Made by a program: the position numbers and the translations under genes. This document shows positions 50,909-62,195 of a DNA stretch of 64,000 nucleotides, piece by piece (position 1 is the first letter of the stretch; every line of letters begins with the position of its first letter). The stretch comes from Dehalococcoidia bacterium (GTDB lineage: Bacteria > Chloroflexota > Dehalococcoidia > UBA2979), in the NCBI GenBank assembly GCA_965219085.1, contig OZ244720.1, positions 2,528,001-2,592,000 of the forward strand, read 5' to 3'. The notes below the pieces were generated by a model, which worked only from the letters and a program-made list of their open reading frames with translations, made no database searches and was not told where the DNA came from.

Positions 50909-53848
50909 TCAGCCAGCTTCGCGCAGTTCCTCCATCAACTCGAACATCCGCCTGATGTGGCTCGTACCGCCGCCTTGCGGGAACAGCACGTGGCTCTTCT
51001 CGAGTTCCGCTCTGGAGAGGCCGGGAACCCAACGCACCTGATCGAACGGCGTCTCAGAGATGACAAAGGCGTCCAGGACAACGCGTTCATCCTGCGCTGA
51101 GAGCCTCTTCTGATGTTCCTTGATGGACTCGGCGAGGCCGATCTTCGGGTCAGTCAGGCCCTCGAGGTAGTTGAGGCCCTTTGGGTCGACGAACGCGATA
51201 TGCTGGTGGTCGCGCTGCATGACCCACAGGATGAAGTCCGGGTAGTACCCGCCCGCCTCGAAGAAGCCGACCCCCTTCCCACGGCTCTGGTTGCGGAGGA
51301 GATAGATGTCCCGCCCGCCAAGTTGACTTGCATGCTTCTTGATGAACTCCGCGAGGCTTTCCACGAAGTCTCGCTCCCCGGTGTTGAGAGCAACGGGTGT
51401 GGCCTTCACTCCGTCATCGCTGAGGTGTATCAGCGGCGCATACAGGTGCCGATCGAAAGCCAGTGCCTGTAGAGAGTCCGTCTTCAAGTCGCGCGCGCGC
51501 CCCTGCGCGATGTCGTCCTGCAGTTCTTTCAGCGTCGCACGGGTCGGGCCGTGGTCTGCTGGCACGCGGAAGGTGTAGTGCTCGAAGAAGTTGCCGTCGT
51601 CCGGGCGCAGTTCCTCGTAGTGCAGATGGTCCATCTCGTATTCCGCCTGCCGGAGGCGGTAGAAGCGCTCGACGTACTTCTTTAGCAGCGTGACCGCGAT
51701 CTCCTGCCACACGCGTACGCGCTCGAACCCGGCGAACTCCAGGTCACTGGCCGGGATGAGCAAGTGGTACCAGTCGTCGTGCTCGAGCAGCGCACGCGGC
51801 ACATCACGCGGGATGGCAAGATTGTGGAAGGACCGCTCCGCCTTGAATCGCTGCAGCGCGAACCAGATCTCATCGAAGTCGAAGAAAGCGGTGTGGCCGG
51901 CAGTCAACTTGTTCGGTGTCTTGCTGACGCCGGCGCTCAGAGGGAGCCCGGTACTGCGGCGCGCTTGGATACGCGGGTACCAGTCGAGGGAAACCGGGCG
52001 TCTCTTGATTTGCTCAAGCGGCTCTGCCTCCAATACCGGTTTCGGTCCGGTTGTCCGGAAGTCGACGCCGCGCTCCAAGCGGATGGTGAGCAGGCGGACG
52101 CCTTCAAACCTGCCACCCGTGGCGAGGTGGTTGATGACGTCGAGGGTTATCTCCTTTGTGTCGGTATCGCTCGGCAACCCCTCTTCTGCGAGGAACTCCC
52201 GGAATTGCTGCATGTAGTCGGCGCGGATGCCCACGACGTTCAGCGTCTCGAGGTGCTTCACGTATTCCGGGTGAGCCTCACCATCGTCCCGGCGAATGAA
52301 TCCTGAACGCTTGAGCGAGAAGTCGAGGCCGCGCAGGCGAACGCCCCGACCGAAGAGTTGGATGATCTCTGAGCCCTCGGATTTCCCTACGTTCATCAGG
52401 CCGATCGTGCTGACTCGCCATGATGACCACCCCTCGGTGAACTTCTTAGCGCCGATGAGGACGTTGATGGCCGACTCCCGGCTGTTGATGCTGCGGAAGA
52501 GCGAGTCCTTGAAATCACCGACCTCCGAGACGCCGATCCCGTGGCGTTCCGTCTGGCGCACGACCCTTGAAGCATCACCGACGTTGACGACGCCGAACGC
52601 ATCATGGGTTCCGACGGTAAGGGCGATCTCTCCCTCTGCGTCTGCGCCGCGCAGCCGCTCCAGATGGAGCGTACCGCCCGCTGGCGCGTTGAAGATAAGT
52701 TCGAGTGCTTGGTCATATATCTCGTCGGACATGCGCCCTTCGAACAGTGGGGTCAGGCGGCTGGCAAAGATGTTCCGCCCGTTGCCGTCGACAAGCGCGT
52801 TGTTGCCTGTCCGGACTTGGTCAATGCGCTGGATTGCCGCGTCACGGTTTCCCACGAAGTCGTCGAGAAACTCCAGTATCTGCAGGATGTCGCTCAACTC
52901 CTGCTTCCCCGTCGAGGCTGTGACACGCGAGCCAACGAAGACCCAGAGCGGCCTCTCGATCAAGTAGGAGGCGAGCTCATCCCCATGCTCACGGTAGAGG
53001 TGGAGCTGCTGCAGGAAGACGAGCAAGCCCCCCGTCATGTAGAGGCGGCGCTGCTCCTCGTCGTGGTCTTCCAGGAGATTGAGGATGTGGAACTCCTTGC
53101 CGAAACCGTCGGCGTGGAAGTAGCGGTAGGAGTAGTCGAAGAGTATGGCGTGCCCATACTCCTGCAGGAGAGCCTTGCTGCCGGTTGGCTTGATCGCTTG
53201 ACCGAAGGTCGCCGAGTACTCGAACGAGAAGCCGCCCTCGCTGAGGCGGCGGCGGCGATCCATCCATGCGCCCGCTTCGCTTGCCGATGCACCTCGGTGA
53301 CCCTCGTCCACCAGCACGAGGTTGTTGCCCTCAAAGGCCTCGACCGCGACCGTCTTCTCCTTCGACTCGTCTGCGAGCTTGTGGATGTCGATCACCTCGA
53401 CCGTGCGGCCGGTGAACAGGGAAGGGGGTTCCTTCGAGAAGGCTTGAGCGTCAATTCCCGAGCTAGCGAACTCGTACAGATGCTGGTGCGAAAGGCCTTC
53501 GTTGGGAGTGAGCAGGATGATGCGATTCAGCTGGTGCTGCCGGCCAGCCGTTTCGAGATAGTGCAGATACTGCTTGATGTTGCGCGGGGCGTCAGACGGA
53601 TCGATGCCGGCTATGCGGGCCGACTCGGAGGCCTTGCGGATATCGGCTTGGAGCGCTGCAAGCTCATCATCCTGCATTCTGTCGAGCGCCTGGCGCACCC
53701 TCGGGAGCAGCTCCTCCCCCAGGAACCGGCGAATCTCGTCGCGCCGCACGTTCATGATCCGGTAGAGGCCAAAGTCGAGGTCGGCCCGGTCGAACATGAA
53801 CAGTTCGTCCAGTGTCTCCCGCAACCGCTCAATGCTGGCTTCTGGCAT
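50909..53848 (-). pseudogene. In-frame fusion of a type III Mod N-terminus to a Res subunit lacking Walker A
   Basis: LDELF..DLDFGLYRIMN Mod-type start; junction ~53582; then LLTPNEGLS, VDEGH, EYSATF, EGW, QLFGRGVR, YPDF..VDPKG. Confidence 0.75.
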
Positions 53849-54179
53849 CCCGTCCCGCTCCAAGACCGGCAAGACCGCCTGCTGATGTCCCCGATCGGTC
53901 CGATGCCACTCCCGCGCGCACCATCGATGCAGACATGGGTCGCGGGGCGCCTTCTCGTTGCTCCCGATCTTCGCAGATTGTAGGGCAGGGCGGCGGGGAA
54001 GTCCGAGTATTCATCCCATATCGACCCGTGTCGAGGAGCGTCTTGCGGAGGGCGACCGCTGAGGTTGGCCCGGGGGAGGCGTCCGGCTCCGGTCTTGGAA
54101 CGCACGAAGGGCAGCACATCTGAGAACCGGCGAGGGCCGCGGTTTCACGCGACGGCCCCCACGGTCCCCGGCTGTCAGC

Positions 54180-54743
54180 CCGCTCGCACTGGCGAGCGCA
54201 CCATGCTGCTCCCGCTCCAGTGCCCACTCGAAGAGGGAGAGCATCGGAGCCTCGTCCCGATGTTGGCGCTTCGGCGGCTCCCCTGGCTCCTTCGCCATGA
54301 ACTCCGCCCACGAGAACAGCGACCGCTGCGGCTCGGGGTTGTCGTCGAGCCGGTCGCCCGCGCCCGTCGCGGCCACGACGACTTCCGCCTCCAACGGCTC
54401 CGGCGGACGCCACTCCACGTCCACCAGCAGCGCCTCGGCCTCCGCCGCGACCTGCTGCGCCTGGGCGAAGACCGAGTCGGCGTCCTCCTCGCCGGCGACG
54501 ATCTTCCTCGCGAGAGCGAGCATGAGGTCCTCACCGTCGTCCCCGTAGGCGTCGAGGCCGTCCCCCGGCAACTCGCCCTCGAGGGCGAGGGAGCTTTGCA
54601 GCTTCTTCGCCACGAGCTTGAGGGCGTCGGCCTGCAGGGTGTTCCGGTAGGCCATGAAGACGACCTGCACGGGCTGGGTCTGGCCGATGCACCAGGATCT
54701 GCGCGAGGCCTGGCGCATCGTGTAGACGGAGTAGTCGTCTCCG
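54180..54743 (-). pseudogene. 3' fragment of mobile-element SF2 helicase gene, copy B
   Basis: DYSVYTMRQASRRSWCIGQ (motif VI-like); repeat of 61619-62195. Confidence 0.78.
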
Positions 54744-55032
54744 TACAGACGACGGTCGGTCTCCTGCCCGATGGGGCGATCAGACATCGATGGCTACTCC
54801 CGACTAAGCGGCGATGCAGCGCGCGGGCCGACGCTGCGAATGCACTCGGAAGAGCCACCGTCACAGGGGGCGCTGCACAGTGAAGCTGCGGCGCGGCAGG
54901 ACGGGCAACACGGAGTTCAACCACAGGACTTCGGTTTCGCGCGGGCGGCGGCGACAGCCTGAGTAATTGCGAGGCGCTCTGCGTGACCTGCCATCGGATG
55001 GCCTCACTCGGCCTCGCTCGGCGGTTTTAACG

Positions 55033-55998
55033 CTAGACCGGTTGCAATGCCTCCTTTCCCGCTGCGGCCCCGAGCGTGACGAGATACTTCGTCGGCACCG
55101 CCTCGAGCCGATTGTCGGCGAGGTGAGCGGCAAGATCGTCGAAGATCAGTGGGAACCCGCGTTCACGCAGCAGACTGAACTCGGACATTGGGTCACGGCT
55201 GAGGTCGATGTCACCCCAGAAGTGGACGCCGTAACTCTTGGGCACCCTGTGGGCCACGGTGTGTTCGCGGGCGGACAAGAAGAAGCGCACTTCACTCTGT
55301 CGGCTTGCTTTGACTTCGATGCGCTGCACGTCATCTGTGGAGCGATCCTCGATGTCGTATCCGAGAGTCTCATCGTCACGTGCAACCCACAGGACTGAAC
55401 TCGGATTCTGAGATTCGAGCCTTAGGAGATGCACGCTATAGGCCTCTCCTCGCGAGCCAACGGTCTTGTTGACTGCATCTCCGGGTCGGGGAACCGGGAT
55501 TAGACTCCACGGCACGTCGATCGCGGCAAAGAGCTCCGAAGGAACCATGACGAACGACGGCCCCACCACCCCAGGCCATGCACGCAGAATCCCGAGGAGC
55601 TGCGGAGCCGCCCGCCTAAGCACTCGCAGCTCAGATGTCGCCGACCCATCCTCACCAATGGTCGATGCCTCGATGAGTTGGCGTACCTGGTCGTGAAGGA
55701 AACCAGCATGGATTATCAACTCACCAAGTTCCCTTGCACGTCGCGCTCGCGACATTGTGGCGATGCGGCTACCCCGGCGGGAGAGCTGAAAGCGATCGGC
55801 AGCCACGTGCAGAAGTCCTACGTCGGCAAGGACACCAACAAGTTCCGGAATCTCGTCACGAGGGCCGTCGATGTTCTCCCTAAGCTCCCTCACGAGCTGG
55901 CTTCTCATGATGCCCGGCGCTCGTGTAGGCATCTGGTGAATGACCCGTTCAAGTCGTCGGACCCGAGCGCCGATGAACCAGTCGGACGCTACACTCAC
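55033..55998 (-). CDS. DUF3883 (NO VEIN C-terminal) nuclease-domain protein
   Basis: GSRGE, LGYDI, RIEVKAS, FFLSARE; GTGA overlap with SNF2 gene. Confidence 0.82.
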   Translation of the reverse strand: MSVASDWFIGARVRRLERVIHQMPTRAPGIMRSQLVRELRENIDGPRDEIPELVGVLADVGLLHVAADRFQLSRRGSRIATMSRARRARELGELIIHAGFLHDQVRQLIEASTIGEDGSATSELRVLRRAAPQLLGILRAWPGVVGPSFVMVPSELFAAIDVPWSLIPVPRPGDAVNKTVGSRGEAYSVHLLRLESQNPSSVLWVARDDETLGYDIEDRSTDDVQRIEVKASRQSEVRFFLSAREHTVAHRVPKSYGVHFWGDIDLSRDPMSEFSLLRERGFPLIFDDLAAHLADNRLEAVPTKYLVTLGAAAGKEALQPV

Positions 55999-57944
55999 GG
56001 TTCGTCGTCGACCTCTTCGCCCACGAGATACCGAATTAACTGCTCTAAGTCACCTCGACTTCCTTCCGAGTCACCAGCGTCCTGCTGAAGGGGGTGTACC
56101 TCGGCCCCGCCCAACAACTCTTCCATTACCGCCTGCTTGTCGAGGAGAGCCGCGTCAACCAGATGGTCGATCGTTTCCGCGTTATCAAGAGTGGCTTGCA
56201 AGATGTGGATGGTGACATCCGCGTCAGCCGGGAGCCCAAGCCGGTGAATCCGATCAATTGACTGGAGGTACAAGGCCGCGTCATACGTCCTATCCAGGTA
56301 GATGGCGTGGTGACATGCCCGGTGCAACGAGATGGACTCGGAGCTTGTGGCGGGGTTTGTGACCAGTGCGGCCGGACCGCTGACGCTGAGAAACCGTTCT
56401 ATCCGGCGCTCCCGCGAGTCGTCCTCAGGCACCTCACCGCCTGCGCGGTCCTGTGCGGGATCGTCAGAGGCAGGGACGCGTCCATCGACTTGGAACACGG
56501 GAATTCCCAGGTCGCCACGAATGAGATCGCTGAACGCGTCGAGGTTGCGTACAAAATTGCTCCAGCAAACGACCTTCATCCCGGCACCTGCGAGGTCTTG
56601 AACAAGGTCGAGCGCGGCGATGGACTTGGCCGGTCGCTCCCTTTCGCCGAAACGAGCAAGACGCTCCATGAGTGTGGGGTTTCTGCCCGGGATGCGAGGC
56701 AGCCGATATCCGTCATCGGGTTGGTTTAGCAAGTCGGGATTCGCCGCCGCCTGAAGCAGCCGAATGGGGCGAGCACGGCGTAACACCTCCAGTTTGTCCT
56801 CCCATGTGCCTGCATCCTGCAGTTGGTCGCGGAGACCATGCCGGATGAGCACATATATCTCGGCCTGTGTGCCATCCATCGGTACGCTGTGTCGCTCTAC
56901 GTGGTAAGGGGGAAGTCCGAGCTCGGATTTGGCCGTGCGGGTCGTAAACGGCTCGATCGACGGTAGGACGCTGGCGAAGCGGCGGTCCACCCGGCTTGCG
57001 AATTCAGTTCGGCTTCCGGTCAACATTCCCCTGGGCCACATCACATTGAGCTGGCTGTAGAGGTCACGAGGGCCATTCGGCATTGGGGTGCCCGAGAGAA
57101 TCATGCGGACGCGAGAGAGCTCGGCGATCTCGGCTAGAGCTGGTGCCCATACCCCCCCCTGGAAGCGTTTGATCCGGTGGGACTCATCGACGATCAGCAT
57201 GATGTTCAGGCGCTCGCACATCTCGAGGATGGACAAGCGGTCTGCGGCAGCTCCAGCAAAGCTGAGGAGAAGCAAGTCACCCCGAACCGCCTCCGCATAC
57301 ATGCCTTGGCGGACGCGAGCTGATCCCCTGATCCGGATGGGTCGAAATAGCGTCCCCACCGCTGCCGCCGTCTCGGACTCCCATGGCTCGAACGCCGCGA
57401 GAGGGCCGACAACCACGACTGTGTCTATCGTCCCGGCGTCATAGTGCACGAGTGCAGCCGCCAGCGCCGTGACGGTCTTCCCTGAGCCCGGAACCGAGAA
57501 GTTGGCTTGATTGATCGCTGCCAACGCGTGGCCGACATTACGTAGCTGATGTTGGTGAAGGCGACGCTCCGGCCTCCATCCAAGAGCGTCAAGTTGGTCT
57601 GCAACCCGCTCGTCGTCGATGGACGAGTGCCCGTGCTTCCACGAGGCGGCCTCCGCTCCGGCCCGCTCCAAGCTGCGACGCTGTTCTAGGGCAAGCTCAA
57701 GGCTCCTGGCGGCCTCTCCGGCATTGGAGGTCTCGAATCCTTGGGAGTCAAGGAAGTTGTTTATCCGGACAACCAGGTCCTGGACTCGACTTCCGCGGGG
57801 TGGGATGAGCCAGCCATCGTCGAGCCCTTCGCCTCCCATGATCGCTTGGAAGAACCTGCGCGCCTGCCGCCCATGGAGATCAGTCGACCCTGTAACGGTT
57901 ATGTGGTCGTCCTCGACTTGAACGAGGGCGCGCAGCTGCCTCAT
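55995..57944 (-). CDS. SNF2-family helicase/ATPase
   Basis: PGSGKT, VDESHRIK, LSGTPMPN, ESISL, QSIDRIHRLG; ATGA overlap with upstream gene. Confidence 0.92.
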   Translation of the reverse strand: MRQLRALVQVEDDHITVTGSTDLHGRQARRFFQAIMGGEGLDDGWLIPPRGSRVQDLVVRINNFLDSQGFETSNAGEAARSLELALEQRRSLERAGAEAASWKHGHSSIDDERVADQLDALGWRPERRLHQHQLRNVGHALAAINQANFSVPGSGKTVTALAAALVHYDAGTIDTVVVVGPLAAFEPWESETAAAVGTLFRPIRIRGSARVRQGMYAEAVRGDLLLLSFAGAAADRLSILEMCERLNIMLIVDESHRIKRFQGGVWAPALAEIAELSRVRMILSGTPMPNGPRDLYSQLNVMWPRGMLTGSRTEFASRVDRRFASVLPSIEPFTTRTAKSELGLPPYHVERHSVPMDGTQAEIYVLIRHGLRDQLQDAGTWEDKLEVLRRARPIRLLQAAANPDLLNQPDDGYRLPRIPGRNPTLMERLARFGERERPAKSIAALDLVQDLAGAGMKVVCWSNFVRNLDAFSDLIRGDLGIPVFQVDGRVPASDDPAQDRAGGEVPEDDSRERRIERFLSVSGPAALVTNPATSSESISLHRACHHAIYLDRTYDAALYLQSIDRIHRLGLPADADVTIHILQATLDNAETIDHLVDAALLDKQAVMEELLGGAEVHPLQQDAGDSEGSRGDLEQLIRYLVGEEVDDEP

Positions 57945-59266
57945 CTCAACGCCGGTCCGTGCCGTTCGAACCACGCGGACATGACGCGGACTGCATCGCG
58001 GAGGTCTGACGTCTCAGCATTCTCCAAGGCTGGTCCGAGCCTATCGGCGTCCTCACTGATGAGGGCCTGTAGACGGTTGTTGACTTCCTTCACGATCCTG
58101 AGAGCGTCTGCCGTCTGTGCGGCCGCATGCCGATCAAGCGCGTCCTCGAATACGTCTCTTACGGCCTCCTTTGGGTAGTTTGTCACCACTGGCCCTGGAG
58201 GGTCATCCCGCTCCTCGGGCATGTCGGGATCGTCAACGTCGTCGTCAGCCAAGTCCGGGACGCCCAGTGCCTCTTCGTCAATAGGCGGGGTCCACTGCTC
58301 CTCAGCCTCACCTACATGCTCTGCGAGACGAGCGAACTCGTCCCGATCAGCCTTGAACAGTCGCCGAACCTTCCGGATCTCGAGATGAGTCAAACCCGCA
58401 CTGACTGCGGCGAAGAGCACGTCCAGCATCGCCGCGGCCCAATCCTCGTCTCCCCCCTCTAGCATCCGCATAGTCCGCCCGACATCGCGGAAACGCTCGA
58501 TCTGTCCGATCAATCGGTCATAGCGCCCATCTAACCCCAGATCACGCAGATACTCGTCCATGTACCTGATCGCATAGAGCTGCACGATGGCATAGCCAGG
58601 ATCGTTACCCATCACGTGCTGTAGATTGCCGGCAACATCGGCGATGCTCACTGGGTCATGCCAGTCAATTTCCTGATCGACTGCCGCATCCCTGACCGCC
58701 AGGAGTAGGTTGATGTCCGTATACCGGACCTTGTAGTCCTCCGTGAGCTGCTCACGCTGCTCCATCTCGAATATCGCTAGCTCACTGATCTCGAGATCGT
58801 CGAGAATGACGGCCTCGACATGCTGATAGCTCCCCACCGCTGGATCTCGGTTCAGGCGGCGCAACATGGCTAGGCGTCGGTTGCCGTTTCTGACCATGCC
58901 GTCAGCATGAATCCAGAACGGAGACTCTTGCTGTCTATTCAGCCAGTCTTTGCGGAGTGCCTCATAGTCCTTGTCCGGTTTCCCTACTACCTGGTCCCCG
59001 TCAACGTGACGGTTCTGGTCCAGCAGGATTGATTCCACGCTCAGCGCATCGGCTTCGTTGTTCTCTGGATCAAGTGAGCGGCCGAGTTGTTGCTGGAAAA
59101 GTTCCCGCTCGGCAGCGAAACGCCGGTTTTCGACATTTAGGATGAGAGCCGCGACGGGCACTAGCTTGACCGGTGCGGTCCTCCACCGCCCCAGCACCCA
59201 GAGCTTCGCCTCCCATCCGGCCGACGGTGCCGAGGCAATCAACTCCTCACGTTGTTCAGTATCCAT
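57941..59266 (-). CDS. ParB/Srx-like N-terminal domain protein
   Basis: LNVENRRF, QQESP..DGMVRNGNRRLAML pattern; acidic C-terminal linker. Confidence 0.68.
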   Translation of the reverse strand: MDTEQREELIASAPSAGWEAKLWVLGRWRTAPVKLVPVAALILNVENRRFAAERELFQQQLGRSLDPENNEADALSVESILLDQNRHVDGDQVVGKPDKDYEALRKDWLNRQQESPFWIHADGMVRNGNRRLAMLRRLNRDPAVGSYQHVEAVILDDLEISELAIFEMEQREQLTEDYKVRYTDINLLLAVRDAAVDQEIDWHDPVSIADVAGNLQHVMGNDPGYAIVQLYAIRYMDEYLRDLGLDGRYDRLIGQIERFRDVGRTMRMLEGGDEDWAAAMLDVLFAAVSAGLTHLEIRKVRRLFKADRDEFARLAEHVGEAEEQWTPPIDEEALGVPDLADDDVDDPDMPEERDDPPGPVVTNYPKEAVRDVFEDALDRHAAAQTADALRIVKEVNNRLQALISEDADRLGPALENAETSDLRDAVRVMSAWFERHGPALR

Positions 59267-61331
59267 CAGTCCCCCCGTTGCTGGTGCTCTTGCGGGTTGC
59301 GCGCTTCGGCGTGCCAAAGCGGGAAGCCGCCATTTCGTGCGCTAGCTTGAAGCTGGTCAGATCAGCATCACCAATCTCGAGACCATCGAGGTTCTCTGAC
59401 CACAACGCCTTGTGCTCGCCGATGTTGGTAGGGTAGGTCTCCCTCGCTGGACGGCAAACAACCACAACGTCCCACGCGCAGCTCCCTGGACGGCTGTGGT
59501 GGCCCATGTGTCCGTCGCTACGAACCGGCCACATCGCCGTGACCCGCAGGTCTAACCGGTCCAACGCCACGCCTATGGCTTCCCAAGCGGGCGGCTTTGC
59601 TGAGTGATAGGTGAATGCCACAGGGCGTCCGCCCTTCCGAACCGCCAGCGCCGGCCGTAGGCAGTCAGCGAGGCGTAGGCCGAATGTGGCGGCGTCGTCC
59701 GCAGCTGCAGACTGGAGCGTCTCGCCGCTCAGCACATGCGAGGGATCCCAAGCTCGGAACAGCTCGGTCAGCTCGTCGTACTGAATGTAATCGTAGTAGG
59801 GCGGATCGAAGACCAGCAGGTCGATCGGGGCCTCTAGGACGGCATCGGCGGCGGAGGAACAGCGCACGTCCACTGAAGGCGCCCTTTGCGGGAGATTGAG
59901 CGTCACCTTCTCTGTTGTACGTCTCGTAACATCCCAGGTTGCCCGCCGCGTCGTAGTCGTCGTCGATCGGAGGACGCGGTTCAAGCATTGCCGAAGCGTT
60001 CCCCGCCCACCGCTGGAGTGGAGGGGGTTCAGTTCGACCGCCAAGGCCGGGAGAGAATATCCGCGGACACTGTATAATGGCGAGAGTCGCCCATAGTCCG
60101 TCGCGTACGAGCACAAGCGATTGTTCGTCATCAGGGCACTCGACAAGACGAGGCGGACTGCTCGTTCCGCGGCCTTGGACATGTCTTCTGCATCAACCCA
60201 AGCATGCGCCGCGCCGAGCACCAAGAGTTGGCGAGCCGTGAAGAGATCGCGTACGCCGATAATGCCAAAGCTGCGGGGGCGAGGGTCGCGGCGCACTGGT
60301 TCGAATTCGGCGTCTGGCAGCCTAAGAGCCACTGGCGGGTTCCCCAGCAACTCATCAGCTAGGTCGAGGGCAGCTAGGTCTCGATCGCCAGGGCCGAAGA
60401 GCTTCCTCCTTCGCCCAGGTGCCGTGCGTTCAATGGCCACCAACTTCCGGGGTGCCGCTCCACTCTGGAGCTCACGGTGGCCGGAGCGCTTCTGGCATGA
60501 CGGGCATCGATACTTGAGAGCATCGAACGTCGAGTGGTCGACAGCCCACTCGTGACTCGCCCCTTTGAACTGCCTCTGTGTGGCGGCGGTAAGGTAGCTG
60601 ACCTCGAGTGTCTCAGGATCGAAGACCGTGGCCCCGTCGTCACGGAGCACTGCTCCGGCCTTACCACAATCTCGCGCCAGCACGAGTGAACGGTAGAGCG
60701 GGCCAGCCGTGCCGCAATGCGGGCATGTGACGGTCGCGATCCAGAATGAGTGTAGTTGTTCACCTTCGTCATCCGGATAGAGGGAGGAGAAGTGCTTGCG
60801 TAAGAAACTCAGCAGCGCATCGCCGATGTCCTGTATCTCTGACTCTTGCGCTGGGTCAAGACTGTGGCCCACTATCAAATGAGCCGTGGGATCGACATCG
60901 CTACCGCTAACCTCAGCCCCGAGCCTCGAAGCCTCAATCAGTGTGGTGCCCCCTCCCATGAAGGGGTCGTGAACGCTCAGACCTTCCAGGTGCGGCCCAT
61001 CGTCAGCGTACCGGTGCCAGAAATCCCGTTCCGTCGCCTCTCCGTCCATAGTTGCGGCCAGCAGGATCGCTCGCATGAGCGATGGGGGACGCCGGGCCCA
61101 CCACCGATGTGCCGCGTACGAAGGGTCCTTCGCCCGACTGTCCGCTGCGACTACCCGCGACACTGCGAGCGCAGGGAATCCGATCTCCAACAGGGAAGCG
61201 GCCACCTCGTCCCCGGGCTCATGGTGGCTCGATGTGTGGCCATTTCGGGACCAGTCGGCCGATAGCTGGCCGGGCTCAGAGAGGATTTCGATGCGTGAAC
61301 GGCTCGCCGCCGTCGGTAGGTGCTCCGGCAC
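59256..61331 (-). CDS. DUF1156-type adenine DNA methyltransferase with Zn ribbon
   Basis: HRWWARRP, DPFMGGGT, CPHC/CPSC, FDPPYYD, FTYH. Confidence 0.88.
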   Translation of the reverse strand: MPEHLPTAASRSRIEILSEPGQLSADWSRNGHTSSHHEPGDEVAASLLEIGFPALAVSRVVAADSRAKDPSYAAHRWWARRPPSLMRAILLAATMDGEATERDFWHRYADDGPHLEGLSVHDPFMGGGTTLIEASRLGAEVSGSDVDPTAHLIVGHSLDPAQESEIQDIGDALLSFLRKHFSSLYPDDEGEQLHSFWIATVTCPHCGTAGPLYRSLVLARDCGKAGAVLRDDGATVFDPETLEVSYLTAATQRQFKGASHEWAVDHSTFDALKYRCPSCQKRSGHRELQSGAAPRKLVAIERTAPGRRRKLFGPGDRDLAALDLADELLGNPPVALRLPDAEFEPVRRDPRPRSFGIIGVRDLFTARQLLVLGAAHAWVDAEDMSKAAERAVRLVLSSALMTNNRLCSYATDYGRLSPLYSVRGYSLPALAVELNPLHSSGGRGTLRQCLNRVLRSTTTTTRRATWDVTRRTTEKVTLNLPQRAPSVDVRCSSAADAVLEAPIDLLVFDPPYYDYIQYDELTELFRAWDPSHVLSGETLQSAAADDAATFGLRLADCLRPALAVRKGGRPVAFTYHSAKPPAWEAIGVALDRLDLRVTAMWPVRSDGHMGHHSRPGSCAWDVVVVCRPARETYPTNIGEHKALWSENLDGLEIGDADLTSFKLAHEMAASRFGTPKRATRKSTSNGGTDGY

Positions 61332-61572
61332 TAGTGATCTAGCTCGCTTCTGGCAAGAAGCCCCGCCACAGGGGACATTCCTGATCCGGACCCACGCAGC
61401 TATCCGCAGTCGCCCGAGTCACCGCCAAGGGGCCTCCTGAGTCTCTTTGGGATGCTTCCGCCATTCTAGCTGGAGATCACGCTAACCGAGCGGCTCGAGG
61501 ACCTTCGCGTGTCGTGTCAAGTCGAGTCCTCTCCCTATGGGCAACAAGAAGGGTCGGCACACATCGGGGGCA

Positions 61573-61606
61573 TGGGGAGGCCACCCCACGCTTGGTGGCC
61601 TCCCCA
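61573..61606 (-). terminator. Stem-loop after helicase fragment
   Basis: TGGGGAGGCCACC-N8-GGTGGCCTCCCCA 13-bp stem; no clear U-tract. Confidence 0.45.
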
Positions 61607-61618
61607 GTGTTGACTGGC

Positions 61619-62195
61619 CTAACGCTCTGCGCCGACCAACTCCCCTTCCCCCTCCCGTTCGAGCGCCCACTCGAAGAGGGAGATGGACGCTGGCGCGGGC
61701 CTGCGGCTCCGGCCCTTGGGCTCGGCCGGCTCCTCGGCCATGAACTCCGCCCACGAGAACAGCGTCCGCTGAGGTTCCTGAGCCTGGTCGTCCGTGACGG
61801 TGTCGAAGGCCATCGCCGCCTCTGTGACCACCGGCTCGGGCTCGGGCGCGGCCCACTCGGCGTCGACCAGCAGCGCCTCGGCCTCGGCCGCGACCTGCTG
61901 CGCCTGGGCAAAGACCGACTCCACCGAGTCGGCGTCCTCGTCGCCCGCGACGATCTTCCTCGCCAGGGCCAGCATCAGGTCGTCGCCCTCGTCCCCGTAG
62001 GCGGCGAGGCCGTCCTCGGGGAGTTCGCCCTCGACGGCGAGGGAGCTTTGCAGCTTCTTCGCCACGAGCTTGAGGGCGTCGGCCTGGAGGGTGTTCCGGT
62101 AGGCCATGAAGACGACCTGCACGGGCTGCGTCTGGCCGATGCGCCAGGACCTTCGGGAGGCCTGCCGCATCGTGTAGACGGAGTAGTCGGCTCCG
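61619..62195 (-). pseudogene. 3' fragment of mobile-element SF2 helicase gene, copy A
   Basis: DYSVYTMRQASRRSWRIGQ..ELVGAER*; begins exactly where the recombinase homology ends. Confidence 0.8.

Noticed and set aside
54738-54770. Possible excision scar (QETD-RRLYGD-DYSVY) in helicase fragment B
   Set aside because: The upstream sequence does not look like helicase, so the QETD match may be chance; needs an intact allele for comparison.
55033-61331. Calling this operon BREX or DISARM
   Set aside because: No PglZ, BrxC, DrmA/DrmB or PLD gene recognised.
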